A stretch of DNA of 64,000 nucleotides from contig OZ316776.1 in NCBI GenBank assembly GCA_973851085.1, positions 9,362,001 to 9,426,000 on the forward strand. Reading direction: 5' to 3'. The translations under genes were made by a program, and so were the position numbers. The DNA is from Ptychomitrium polyphyllum. Taxonomy: Eukaryota. Below the pieces are notes generated by a model. It worked only from the letters and a program-made list of their open reading frames with translations. It was not told where the DNA came from and ran no database searches. This document shows, in pieces, positions 48,832-62,929 of this stretch. Every line of letters starts with the position of its first letter. Position 1 is the first letter of the stretch.

Positions 48832-51231
48832 ATGGAGAAGGAGAAGGAGAAGGAGAAGGAGAATGCGAGCAAGATGGAGGGGTCGCTACAGGGACACGAG
48901 TCGCTCTACCGCTTGTTGGAGGCGGAGCTGCCACCGCATGTCTTCCAGGTGCGTCTCTGTATTGGGGTTAGCTTCGCGGGTTTCATGTGGACTTAGTGCT
49001 TGAGTGGGACGGGCGGGCTGATTGGTATGCTTAGAATCTTGGAGCGGGATAGCGATGACCAACTGCGAACGCCGTATGGTTCTGAGGATGATATGTGTTT
49101 GTAACTGTGTGTGAATTTCAGGAAGTTAGCCGCGTTTTGTATGGGTGCAACCGAGGGAGCGTCATCACGGCAGGCACACTAGACCATGACCTGATTGACG
49201 CAACGAAGCGCGAGGATTTCGATTTACAAGTAAGCTTTTGTTGAGTGCAATTTCTAGGTTAGATTGCAAGTTTCGATTTCTGCACACGAAACTAGGAGAC
49301 GGCAAAATGCTGGGCGGTTTGGATTAAACTCGTGGTTGTGTGGTGGCCAGACGTTTGAGTTTACCGCCGATCCGGAGCAGTTGCGCGCGCCGCGAAATGT
49401 AAGCGTGGGCTTGATCCAGAACGCAATTGTGTTGCCAACGACGGCCCCGTTCTTGGAGCAGAAGCGCGCCATCATGGACAGAGTCTCCTACCTCGTCGAC
49501 GTTGCTGCTGAGATGGGCGTAAACATTCTGTGTTTGCAGGTGCTCTACTCTTGTGCTAGGATTTGCAACTCAGACATGTTAGCAATTTGCTGCACATTCT
49601 TGTATTTGCTTCAAGCTTTTTGAACAACAATTTGGATATGTCTTTTTGTTACAGGAAGCGTGGACGATGCCTTTCGCATTTTGCACGCGCGAAAAGACCT
49701 GGTGCGAGTTCGCCGAGAGTGCCGAAACTGGAGAATCGACAAAGCTCCTGCAAGAATTTGCGATGAAGCACAACATGGTGATTGTGAACCCGATCCTAGA
49801 GCGCGACGAGGCGCATGGGAGCACCTTGTGGAACACCGCTGTGATAATCGGCAACCACGGAAACATCATTGGCAAGCACCGCAAGGTTTGGAGATTCTCA
49901 CCTCTTGATTCACCATAGCTGCCCCGTAGCTGCCGCAACAAAGAGTGTGTCATAGAATTTGTGACAAGTGTATTCGCCCTCTCTTTTTCGCCGTTCAGCA
50001 CCTTCTCCTTTTCGACCCCTGGTTTGGTCCTTTATCTTGCGTTTCATTCCTACTGTGTTTACGCAAAGAAGAGTGATGCCCACTTTCAGTTTGCACTCTC
50101 AACCAGGACTCTCCTTAGTTCAGATTGGCGGTGAAGCTAGATTGAACAACAATTTTGGTACTCAGTTTGGTGACTACTTTTTTTCTACTTGCTCTTGGTG
50201 GTCACTACTCGTATTTCATGCAAAGTTTCATCTGTATTTGTGGCGATAGAACCATATTCCTCGAGTGGGAGATTTTAACGAGAGCACTTACTATATGGAA
50301 GGCAACACCGGGCACCCCGTTTTTGAAACGGAGTTCGGGAAGATTGCGGTGAATATTTGCTATGGGAGACATCATCCCATGAACTGGCAGGCGTTTGGCA
50401 TGAACGGAGCAGAGATTGTCTTCAATCCCTCGGCAACTGTGGGTGCTCTCAGCGAACCCATGTGGCCAATCGAGGTATGTGAAAGCTCGGTTTTATAGAT
50501 GAAAAGCTCCACTTTATGATCAGCTTAAGTTGTTGGTGTTCGTTCAATGGATAGCAACGCTAAATAGGTAGCTTGTTGCTACAGAGGTGGACACTATTGT
50601 TCTTGGAATACCTTTGTGTACCATCTTTTGAATCACATGTAAAATGTGAAGTAATCTGGCTTGTTAATTGGCAAAACACAAACTGAACTGATTTGAAGTT
50701 GAGTCAATCAACCATGATTCCCATCCACTAGGGTTTTGGCTTTGTTGTTTTCAATTTCATAAATGATCCAGTGCTTTTAGTTTCGACTTCATTGATTCGG
50801 GTTATAAAAATGAGAGCTTCGATTCTGCTTTTATTTTGCTTGTGCAGGCACGAAACGCTGCTATTGCCAACAGTTACTTCGTAGGGGCCATTAACAGAGT
50901 GGGCACAGAGATTTTCCCGCGAGAGTTTACTTCCGGAGATGGAAAGCCAGCTCACAAGGACTTCGGCCACTTCTATGGCTCCAGCTTCATTGCAGCTCCA
51001 GATGCGTCCTGCAGTCCAAGTTTGTCTCGGTGTCGTGATGGCTTACTGGTGGCCAAGCTCGACCTGAATTTATGCCAGCAACTGAAGGACAAGTGGGGGT
51101 TTAGGTTGACTTCCCGGTACGAGATGTATGCAGTTTTCTTCAGGGAGTATGTGAAGTATGACTTCAAGCCCCAAGTAATCCGTGATCCGTATCTGGATGA
51201 GTCATTTTCTCAAAGAAGTGGAACTGTGTAG
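48832..51231 (+). CDS. PYD3: Beta-ureidopropionase (beta-alanine synthase; nitrilase superfamily)
   Basis: Exons 48832-48948, 49122-49229, 49351-49539, 49655-49885, 50250-50474, 50848-51231. An in-frame TAG at 48778-48780 fixes the start. Catalytic triad: LCLQEAW (E), [23 protein letters not shown] (K), NICYGRHHP (C). Also [17 protein letters not shown]. The N-terminal EKEKEKEKE comes from a (GAGAAG)n repeat. Confidence 0.96.
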
Positions 51232-54200
51232 ATTCAACTCCTGTGCATATGATGCTATATTCTAGACAGTAGTAGTGTGAGAATATGTGAATAGTTAGCA
51301 GCAGTACAGTACAATCCATTTGCATCAACTAGGTCTTAACATTGCTGAAGGAATTCAGGGCATGAGCCTGTTACAGATTTTATTGGTCATGGACAAGATT
51401 ATCCAAAGTTTGGTTCAGTATTTGCTTAAGATTTTTGGTATGCAGAGAAACCACCTTCAGATGAGGATGAGATAACCTGTGCTCGCCGCAGCTGCTTTTC
51501 TAAACATTTATCAGTGGCGTTCGTGTGATCCTTGACAAACATGTATTCTGTAGCACACTACGAGAGTGAGGCTACGGTTTGTAGAAGGCTTAGGATATGA
51601 AGAAATTCTGAACGTGATTGTACATAAGCGCCCTACTTCAAAGCATCTTCCCAATTGATGTCAAAGCCGAGTTCTGAACCTAAATCACGGCTGATTGCTG
51701 TAAGCTAGCTGCAGAAGAAAACTGTCCGCACTTTTGGAGATAGCAAATGCAGACCGAGTCTCTGCATCTCGAAGCACGAAAAGATGAATATTTTCATCTC
51801 GTTTCACGTGATACGAGGCGTTCACGTTGGGAGTCGTGTTCTCCAAACCTGGGTTTCTGCCAACGAGCAGTGCTCCGAGTCTGCAAGACTTTTGAGTTTC
51901 CATGGCGTCATTGTAGATTCACGGCAATGTGTTGAGATTGAACTCTCAATCTTCTCCTTCGCATTAGCTCTTTGCTTCACACAATTATCATACAGAGCGA
52001 GGATGTAGCCATAATTGAAAATGGGTGTCTATGGCAAATTGATAATATTGTGGAATTCAGTCGTAGGGTATGCGTTTATCAGCTGGAAGTAAGTGATTTT
52101 CATATTTCTGTGTTGTGCCGGATCCTACTGTTTGGTTTTTGTTGGTTAGAAGTGAGACGAAGAATGATGATTCAATGGTGTATCGTGAGTGTTGTGAGAT
52201 GCTTCTGGTTTGGCTAATTTCAGTCCTCTTTCCTTCATCCTACCTGTCTGGATCTGTTTGGCACTTGTTGTAGTGCTTGCTTAAGAATGTGCTCAAGAAA
52301 TTCATTAAAACTCTTGTTGCTTCGCATTTTATTTAAGCCTTCTTTTCTTTCATGAGTTGTGCCTATTGGAGACCGCTCCCGCATTAGAGTGACAATTACC
52401 TTAAAAAAAGTTGGCCAGTGGCTTGTATTTCTTTTACTCACTTCTTAATAGCTAGAACTTTGAGAACCGCAACCTTTGTGAATCAGTTCATGCATTTAAC
52501 TTCCGCAAGTCTATCATATTAGTGTGCAAGTCATCTGGGGTCTCCAAAATGCACGATCTAAGCACATCCGGGTTTTTGACCCAGGAGCGGTTATCCAAGA
52601 GTATCTAGAAATTGTTGTTATGCAAAGGAACTTTTTATGGTGAAACTTTCGTTTGGGCTATAGAAGGTACAAGGTTTACAAGAACATTACTACATATCAA
52701 TCTTCCTCCATGGAACTTTTTAGCTCTACCTCCAAAGTCGATGAAGACGACATGGTTTTCTTTTAGTCAACAACTTAGCAAGGTTGAGAGATTGTGTGTG
52801 TGCAGAATTCATTCCTCCACACAACCATGACACAACACAATGCAACCACTTTTCCCTAGAACCTAGCACTCTCAGCCACAACAAGATACCAAATGAGAGT
52901 CCCAGCATTACATGTTGATGGTTTTGCACAAGAAGAATCTTCTAAGCTGTAAACAACTCTTCGAAATGAAAATTTGTTATATGCTACTGTGCATCAAAAT
53001 GAGCTCAATCCCTGGCTGACAAGAACAGTGACCAAGACGGCTACGACGAAGAAGTTGAAAGTGCGAAAAGCCACGGGCTTATGGCAGTTGCAGTTACCGG
53101 GTGTAACTTCGTTTCCCTCAACAGAAAAGTTGAATTACTCCAGCCAGAAGCATACTAAAGGATTGATCTGATACACGTTAAGTCTATCTTTGCAACTACA
53201 TAAGCATTGTTCTTGCTTTTCTAAACTACGTCAATTGAAGTGCAGGGTCTCATTCTAGTGACTCTTACAGAACTTGAACTTCAGCACTCTCCCATGAACT
53301 TCAACACCTTGTCGTATTCGGTGGAGTCGAGCTAACATAGCAAGGAAATCCCAAATGGAAAGCACACAAGAATCATCAGATGATGAATGCAAGCTCCCAG
53401 TTCCGAACGCCAGCCAGTGATTGCATCTTCGAAGCCATCATTCCCAAATACTGCACAATCACACATGGGCTCGGAATTATGAGATGTCGGGTTCGGATCT
53501 AGAATATGTCGACGATGGGATCCGCTCCTCGAGGTCGTCTAATGCGTGACGAGTTCCCCGCGGCTCCCACGGGTTCCCAGCGAGCATGTTCCCCAGCGCG
53601 AGGGGCGAGCGACGAGCAGAGCGAAGAAGGTGTTGGGGCAAGCGCGCACTCAGATCTCGCTCACGCGGCCCCGCAATCTGCAGCCCTGCCCTCGCATTCC
53701 CCACACCCCACTCGCCGTCGCCGTGCGATTCCGAGGAGCCATCAGTCGCCCCATCTTGTGGCGCCATTCGGGTTGTACCGCTGAAACCGTCCCTTGCCTC
53801 TGCGCTGCTCAATCCCTGCACCCGTGTGAGTGCGTCCTGGTGGCGTCTGCGTGCGTCGCCTACTCTCTCCCAGGTGTTAGATCTGCTCTCGCTGAGTCTG
53901 GGTTAGTGTCGTGCTCCCGCTCGATCACCGATTCGAAACGAGTAGTTGATGAGTCCAGAGGCTTGAAGTTGATGGACAGGACGGGGAAGTGATTGAGGGC
54001 TCGTGACGGGACGTCGTTGAGGCGAGCATTACCGACTCTGGGTGTGTGCATTGAGGATCGGTTTCGTTGGGGATCGGTTTTGTTTCAGTTTTGGGGTCGA
54101 GGTGCGCGTGGAGATGTGAATTTGCCGGTCTGACGTGGGGCTTGGGTAGGGTTTTATTGCAGAGGCGACGGTTTGGGGATTTGGGGGATGGGGCAGCGGC

Positions 54201-54820
54201 TGTGCGGACGACAGCTTGAGGGTTCTGCTCTGTGGGGTTGAGTATGACACGGCTGTTTTTTTTGGCTGTGAGGTCTGTGGGTTATCGTATCTCCACGGGA
54301 AATTTTCAGCACGTGTTGTATATTATCTGTTGAGGTTGAGTTCGGCGCGAATTGGCGCGAGTTGAAGGTGATCTGGCTGGCTTGATCGGTGAGCGAGGTT
54401 TTTGAATTTGAATTCAGAGTGTGTATGTTGGGATTAGGTCTTGTTGGTCTGGTTATGTGGGTTCAGCCTGCTTTCACCCGATATCTGTGCTAGCTAATTA
54501 AGAAAGAAGGGTATAAAAGAAAGTGGTTGTAATGCAATACGACCATGTGCTTACATTGGTTCCTGCATTTTTCATGAGTTTACCTAGGACTCCTTCACTC
54601 AGCCAAAATTGAGCTTTTACGATAGCCAAACTAAATATGTAGGGATCGGCTTATGTAATTTGATATGGTTTTTGACTGTACATGTACCTCGCAGATGTTA
54701 TCTTATACATGAGAAGGTGGAAACAAACCCTAAGATTTAGGAGAGTGGGATATACTGATTGAAGTATCGCAAAAAGTTGCAGTAGATGGAGACTTGGGCT
54801 CAGGTCAATCCGGACGACCA

Positions 54821-57800
54821 ATGTCAGTTCCTTATTTGAATATTGACGTAGAGAGTTCATCAACTCTCCTGCCGCTGGACAGGCTGGCCAAGAGCCCACC
54901 ACTACGACGGACTGGAAGTAGGACTGTCAATCTGGATTCAGGTGAGTTTTGAAGCACAGTTCTCTTGCGGAGGGTGATTCTGATTCGGAAATGTTCGTTG
55001 TTGAGAAAGCCAACTTCTTTGTGTTATTGCCCATCTTCTACTGTCTGTGAGTTGTTTCTAAGGATCATACTTTGCAGAATGGGGCGGCCGGGTTACCCGG
55101 GAAGTGAGTGACAAGAGTGTAAGTTCAGAGGAAGGCGCAATGAAGAGTGCTGCCCCCTCAACATGGGGGATCCAGGTAATTTCGCTATTCTGGACGTCAC
55201 AAGTACCTATTCCTGTCTATTATAAAAGTAACATCTGATGTGTAGTAGCTGTACAAGTCTGTTGTTCCGGTATCTTAAGTATTGCAGTATCACGTCAATG
55301 TTGAATTTCTACTGTCGACATCATTTTGATGTGCTTCGTCCAGTCGAGTATCCACTTGTTGAGATGAACCAATAACTTTGTTACCATCGATGTCCATGGT
55401 TGCAGGCTATCTTTTTTGCTGTCTGGATCCTTTTCTGCTTGAAGGTGATAATACGTTTCTTTAAGGCTCGCTTGGACATCATATGCACAATAGTGTCTTA
55501 GAATTGGAAATTTATTGGCATGTGCATCGTACCTGGATGCACCAACGATAAGTGCAAATTCTGATATGTTCAACACCTGCCTAAGTTACTGCGTCTCTAT
55601 CAGTCTCGCTCTGATAGTTCTGTTTTCTTTCACACGTGGTGTTATTTGGGCCTTCTTAATGGGAAAGTAGTTTGGGTGGGGGGTTATCATGGAGTACAGG
55701 TGGCATATGAGTCAATGGTTATTATGAATGTGACGACACGAGACAAATTCTTTTACGAAGTTTTTCTATACTACAATCCACTTTTTTTAGTGGTGAGCAA
55801 CAAGCAGCCCATCTGCCTTCGCCTCTTATGTCTCAACAAGTATGCAATGACGCTGCAATGATCTGTTACTGTTTGATAATTGTACTGTGATTTAGACGCG
55901 CACAGTTTCAACCGTGGATGAACCTGGATTTGTTTAGTGGGGTGCATGATGAGTTGAATTGTACATTCTAACACAGATTTCGCTAGATTGATTTTGGTCC
56001 AGTCTTGCTGGAGATCGTGATGTTCATAGACTAGTGCTATGAGTTGTTTATAGGATCTCTGAAGGATTTTTAGTTCACACTGTATTTATTTCTAATGCGG
56101 CATTTGCAGTCGCAGCATTTGTGTTTTAACTTGATTTTTGGTGATATTGCAGGCTGGGATGCTGTGGTTATGGGGAATAAATGTCTGGGTGTTTCTGTCC
56201 TCGCGTGTACCGTATGCCCGAGTGTTTGAACTGGATCCTAATCACATCAGCCAAAAAGAAATCTGGAAGGTGAAGCCCAAATCTTCATTTTGATTTTTGC
56301 TTAGGTGAACATCAGCTCTGGCTTGAAATTATTATGTAAGGTCAATACACCGTATTAGAATATTTTATCACAACTCCAAAGGATGTTATTACCTGGTCCT
56401 GTCTTTTACATGTTCTTGTTTTCATTATATTTGGTTTGCCTTCATCAAAAACTTGGGCATTTGTTTGCCACGTCTATTTCCTCCCAGGTTTAATGCACCA
56501 GAAAATTATCAGCATGTATAATTCTTTTACGTCTCTGTTGTAAACAGCGATGTATTATATCACTCTGTCCTGAGATAATCTGAAGTGCTCTATCCACTAT
56601 ATGTAAGATAAGTGTATCTCCTTTGTGCCTCAGATAGCATCATGGATGACTGTAGCTGTTATTACAAGCATGACAGCATACCTGTATCTTTATTCACACG
56701 GATTGATTTCACATGCAGCTTCACAACCAGTAAGCGCTTATCTTCACATCTGAAGTTACCTTTGTGCATTTTCGCAACGTTTTCCCTTCTATTTTGATGG
56801 TTATGAACAACAGAGTATAGTTCTTTATTAGCATTTGATACTTACTGAAAACATATGTAATTTTTGCATGCCAGTACGTCAATTGAGTTACAAGTTTAAT
56901 CATATTGTCTTTATTCAGACTTTCATATATGAGGACCTGTTTGTGCAAGAATTCGAGCTTATGAGTTTGGTATCCTAAATTTTTTTTGATTATTTTCAGT
57001 CACATCAGTGTGATTGGTTTGTCTTCATCTCCTGATGCACGTATGATTATCTCAGGATTTAAGTTTGATTCAATTTTGTATGCTTAACAGGTCTTGCTCT
57101 ATGTTATGGTGCCATTGTTGCTGGGACTCCCCCTGGATGCGTTATACGGGCAAACCCGATTCTTTTTCCTGAAGACTCTTGTTCGTCTCACCTTTCCTAT
57201 CCAGGTTTGTTTTTTGACCAGTTAAAGAGAGACAGGCTTGACAAGGAAGACACTCGGGTATGAAATTACAACTGCAAATCTACCTCCACCTTTTCAGTGG
57301 CATTTTGTAGCTTGGGTTGGACAAACCATTAGGTTTGGACGTAAAGACCATCAGAACCATGGGATATTTCTATTATACTCATTTAGAGAAATAATTGATG
57401 GTGGCCATAGTGTTACATCTACTGTTACACATTTGGTTTAATTTAGTGTTATCTATGACAAAGGAGTAGCAGACCAATGACCCTTACACTGCATTGCCAC
57501 CACACAAGAAACGCCTGAACAATGAGTCTATCTCAAAATTACTAGTCGCTTACTCCCTGCATTACTTGAAAACGACAAATTGCGCATTTTCAATGATCTT
57601 GTACTTGTTGATTTGGTGCAGCCAATAACGTTTGCAGACTTCTTTGTGGCGGACGTGCTGACCTCCATGGCCAAAGTAGGTGACTTTATGTTCTTATGAT
57701 GCTGTATAGCTTGTGTCATCTGCTGACTTTGTTGGTGACATGTTGACCTCCATTGCCAAAGTATGCAAGTGGATGTGGTGTTTTCAGTGTAGCATACACT

Positions 57801-59708
57801 TCTTGCCTCTGGTAATGTTTAGCATAATTCATTTTGACACAGAACATTTCTTTTTGCAGGTTTTGTCCGACTTGGAGCGCTCAGTCTGTAGGATGTATCA
57901 TCGGCAGGCAAGTGCTTTTCTTTGATTACTCACGCAGCTTAATAGTTCAACCCTGACTGAAGTGCATAATGCTCCTGATCAGTGGTTAGCCCTTTGGCTT
58001 GGAAGTTTGTGATGCCATGTTTATGATCATATTGACCATAAACGTTATGAAGCTTAAAAACTTGCTTGTATACAATACTCCATTCTTCAGCACCAACAAT
58101 TCTTTAGGATGTAACATGTTTAAGGATCATTCCTTTTTTTGGGTGTGGTTGGGGAGATCCATTTGGAAAGAGAGCTTCACCTTGTCATTGCACTATGCAG
58201 AACCTTGTCTTCTTCTTACCTAAATTGTTCTGTTCCTTGAACAGGTTAAAATTGATTCTGATATAGACTAACAGGCTCTAATGGTTATCCTGTTTCTGTT
58301 AACCAGGTTGCTACTGTGGCGTGGCTAGATGCAGATGATGCTTGCGGGAGCCACTCTATATATATACCCTTGGTTCTGGCTTTTCCCTATCTGAGCAGAT
58401 TCTTACAATGCCTACGACAATATCATGACACAAAAGACAAGACATGTCTTTTCAATGGTAGATTTTGGCTTTCGTTCATGGTTTGCAAGTTTTTGTGGAT
58501 TCATTTGTTGCAGTTCATGCTGCATAAATTTCTTAGCCCTAGTTTTAGCTTATTATGAATCCTGTCAATCTCACAAAACGAGACGGAAGATTTTGATTTG
58601 TGCTGATTTTTCCGCTGGTGGCTGCAGCGGTGAAGTACACTACAACGTTTCCTGTTATCTTTATTTCAGCTCTTAAATACCACGTAGAGTTACCATTCTG
58701 GTTCAGTCACTTGCGTCCACTGTGGGTGCTGTTTGCGATCCTCAACTCCTGCTACTCATTTTGGTGGGATATTACGAAGGACTGGGATCTTGGGTTTGTA
58801 CTTCACCCTCTCTGAGTTAAGGCTAGTTTATCTTAAACTTATTAGCAGAAAAGCCAGATTAGCCACTGTTGGCTGAATAAGGTATCTGATTTTGTGATAA
58901 TAATTCTGCAAATTTGAAACAATATATCGGATGAATGCAGGTGGATGAGTGGTCCGTGGAAACCAGTCAAACAGTCTCTTCGATCCAACTTGCTATACAA
59001 TCGCCCTTGGGTATGTGATTGCAGTGCTGGAGTTTCTCTTGATCTAAGCAGAATTTACCATTAAACACATCAAAAGTAAACTAGGATTTGAATGTTCGAG
59101 CAGTACTGGGAGGTGTCTCTTATTCTCGTGTCTTCTTTCGACCAATTAGTCATTTTTCAATGGTACGGAAGACTTAAATATCTTATTAGAACACGTGGAG
59201 AGTTATTGATATTTTCAGGCTTACTAATCTTATGGAGTGACATTTTTGTAATTCGAAACATACATCATTTTGCTGACGTGTACGAAGGATTTACAGCATA
59301 AGTTTGCAGTCGACAGACTTGATTTTTGTCATGATCATCCATTGAATAATCAACATCTAGAGGTAAGCCGTTTTATTTCTCTTAGATGAATTCATATGAT
59401 TCTAACGGAAGGCTTCTGTGATGTCTCAGGTGTATTACTGGGCAATATGCAGCAACCTGGTGTTGCGAGGGGCCTGGACATACAAACTGTCAGCTCATCT
59501 ACGTCACAACTTTAAAACTGTTTTCTTCTTTTCCTTGTTGGAAATGCTGCGTCGGTTCCAATGGATATTTTTCCGAGTAGAAATTGCTGCCATCAAATTG
59601 TCGAATACCACTTCCAGTCCCATTACCCGGGTATCTTCGATTCCCTTGAAGGACATACCCCCTTCTGAGACAGAACGATTGCTTTTAGACACACAGCACA
59701 ATGTATAA
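54821..59708 (+). CDS. EXS (ERD1/XPR1/SYG1) family membrane protein without SPX domain (At5g35730-like)
   Basis: Exons 54821-54941, 55078-55175, 55406-55444, 55700-55792, 56153-56269, 56634-56729, 57091-57204, 57622-57675 (alternative 57710-57760), 57860-57907, 58307-58457, 58628-58793, 58941-59010, 59430-59708. Motifs: YEVFLYYNPL, LWLWGINVWVF, TSMTAYLYLYSHG, FADFFVADVLTSMAKVLSDLERSVCRM, RFLQCLRQY, YSFWWDITKDWDL, WTYKLSAHLRHN, LEMLRRFQWIFFRVE. Confidence 0.93.
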
Positions 59709-60355
59709 TTCGTCTGTCATCATGTCGTTTATGGACTTCTTAGAACCTAGGTATATTCTTTGCTGGGTGACCAGTTTCATTTGAGGAGCAATATTTATAT
59801 TGCTGTAATCACTGTATCCTCGCCTTGAGGTCTCGGTGCCTTAAGCACAGATACTTTCAAATCAAATTCTTTTCATGTCAGGTGCAACGAATTGCACCAG
59901 CTTTTATGACTGATGATTATGCAAGACCACGGTACTGTATTGCTTCTCAAAGAATTTGCCGTGCTTACTTTGCTTGTATTAAGACTGCCGTTATTTTGCA
60001 CCTAGCTGCAGATTGTCACAAGCTCGTGCTCTTGATACTAACTGTAGCAAGCTTGTTAACTGGGTATGGCAATCTGCGAGGAACATAGCCTGCTGGAGCG
60101 AGTCGTGACGTTAGACGCGGATGGATTCATCAATATTTACCTCTTTGGCGCTTCTTACTCGGCAGTATTGCGTTGCTTCTGGGCAACCCTCACGTGGTAT
60201 ATGATCCTTGACTGGTAGGTTTTGCTTCTTCTGCTTGGGTGGAGCAAACATATTTATGGTGACTGAGTTTCTCTACTTACTCTGCAAGTCAAGCATTCTG
60301 GACAAGTACACCATTGGTGTTGCCCTTAGTCACATCCGGAGTTGCACTACATGTC

Positions 60356-60429
60356 TATGACGTGATTAATGATTAATGATACTTGAAAGGATTATGACGT
60401 GATTAATGATTAATGATACTTGAAAGGAT
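60356..60429. repeat. Perfect 37-bp tandem duplication
   Basis: TATGACGTGATTAATGATTAATGATACTTGAAAGGAT at 60356-60392 and 60393-60429. Confidence 0.95.
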
Positions 60430-62929
60430 TGTGTGGAATTGATACTCATAGCAATAGTGGAATTCCACATAATCCACTCTTGAAAGTGGGTCGTTTCTCG
60501 AGAATTTAAGAGGAATTGAGCGAACTTCGTGGAATTGCACTTAATCCTCTCTCATTCTCATGTTGCCCTTAAAATAAATCATGGTGACCATATGTACAAA
60601 TTAATTTTATAAATATGTCATTAGGTGGTCCTTTGTTGACAGCTTGAAGCATGTGTTCTATTTGTTAAATGTAATATCTAAGTTCTATTGGTTCTAAATG
60701 TTTTGATATATCCATGTAGAGAACTATATTTTATTGAATGAAGGCACACTTTTTGAAGATATGGAAATGAAACTATCTTACAAAATTTGAAGAAAGGTTC
60801 ATTATCTATCTACTTATTATTGTCACTTTTTTCCATTTAAAGACCATGGTGGCTTATAAATTCAATTCTACTTTTATTGGTTGAATGCTAGGAAGGTAGG
60901 ATTGTGAACAACTTTGTTGCACCTTTTAAAGCATATTATAAAGGCCATTATAATTAGAATGCAGTATGTATATTATTCAAGCTATAAATGATATACTTTT
61001 GACTTTTCTTAAGTGTTGATCAAAGATTACAATGCAAAGAATAAAACAAATGGTATAAGATGAAAACTTAGCTTGTTTTTCTTCAAACAATGGATTTTAG
61101 ATATATACCATATTTATATTGTGAATAGAACTATGCTTTTATTCAATGGTTGGAAGTGACAACTAAGTAGATTTTACAATGGCATAATGCTTTGTAATAG
61201 ATGTGACATTTCTTCATGGGTTAGAAAATTGGATCTAAGAAAAAACTTCAATTAGATTTGCTTTCAAAAAGATAGTACTTTTTAGTTTTCAAGTATATTG
61301 TGTATTATATTTACTTAGGATTATAGCAAAGTATTTAAGAAGGCTTTTATTAAACGACTATAATATTTTTAATTCAAATCATTTATGCAATATAGTTATA
61401 TGATAAAATATGTCATAACTAAACTATTACTTTAATAATCTTTTATTTCAATAATACCTTAAATCCATCTAATTTAGCAACAAAATCTTGAAGCTTTATT
61501 GATTTTTTCTTTAAAAATATTTTTCAACAAACTTCTTGAACAAATAATTATTTTGTGAATTGTATATGAAGCATTTGTCATTTAAATTATAAACTTTATA
61601 TTGTTGCATAAAATTAAAACAAAAGTTAATATATGCAACTATACAAAGTTTAATTATAATAAGATTGTTCTACTTGTTAATCTAAATTAAATGAAAAATA
61701 TTAATGTTGGATGCAAATTTTTTTCAAAGATTGTTTTGAGATTATGTGAAGTTGATAGAATTAATTAGTTTTACGATTAAAAGGCCTCATGCTTCCAAAG
61801 TTTTTTTCTTTTTTATTTATTATTTTCAAAGGTCCATATTTCTTTAAAAGTACCAATTGAAATTTACAAAACAACTTGTTTACTTTTAAGCTTTAATTTT
61901 AATGCAACTTAAATTATTAGGCAAGGCTTCTAATAATATCATATTTATTATAATGAAAAATTCTAAAGTCCCAAAATAATCTTAGAATGAAATAGAATTA
62001 AATGTGGTTCCAATTGTCAAAATCAGTCTCATACTTTTGTAGTTATATAGCAAGTTTCTTGCTTATAAATGAACTACAATAGCCAAAAGCCACTGAATTT
62101 GCACTAAAATTATGTATGGTATACTCAATTTAATTTGATTAGGATTAAATCTATACTGACCATTATAATTCCAAAATTGTTGTTTTGTCCCATTGTAATG
62201 AATATTGTGGTTAATGAATGTATATTGGTATCTATTTACAGCAAATGTGGATGGACTTTATATAAGTATTGTAGCAAAAACATGACAAACTTAGCAATTT
62301 ATGGAATTGTGTTGTTTATAATAAGTTTCTAAAAATTCCAATATTACTTTTACAAATACATCCAAAAGATTCTAAAATTCATAATAGTTTTTAATAACAA
62401 GTTGTATTCCAAAGTTTCCAAAAGGCCAAGCCATATTATAAGCATATATAATATAATCTTTTTTACTATAAAATAATAATTTCCATTTATTAAATTCAAC
62501 ATTGCAACTTCTTTTTTACTGTGTTTAAATTATTATCATTAGTTTTTTTAGCAAATAATAAATATTGTTGTAATAATTGTTTTTCTTACTAAGAACCAAT
62601 AGAATGACTGTAAGTCATCTTATAGACAATAAGTTGATTGAAAAGAGAGTCCAACATTTGAGGTTCAGTAACAATATGTTGATTATTTAATTCTTAGTGC
62701 CAAATCTTTGAATATTTATTTTTGTTGACAATGTTTAGAATGTACAATACAATCATATTCCATTAATAATGTTACTTCTAAAATTTAACCAAATACAAAT
62801 TTAAACCATAAGTTGTAAAAAAAGGTTGGATATTAAATTGCTCATTTCACCTTCCAATTACATTAGGAAACAATGGCCAATTAACTAAATTTCTCACCCA
62901 TATGAAAATCATACAAACATTAAAAACAT

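Noticed and set aside
48212..48934. Overlapping 100-232 aa ORFs upstream of PYD3, including a possible N-terminal extension
   Set aside because: GC-rich promoter/leader shadows; the in-frame TAG at 48778-48780 precludes extension of PYD3.
53477..54250. Several ORFs upstream of the EXS gene
   Set aside because: Composition fits a 5'UTR exon and leader intron; no protein motifs.
2516..59708. Metabolic gene cluster hypothesis (invertase, dioxygenase, KCS, PMM, SO, PYD3)
   Set aside because: The enzymes belong to unrelated primary pathways; nothing in the sequence suggests co-regulation.
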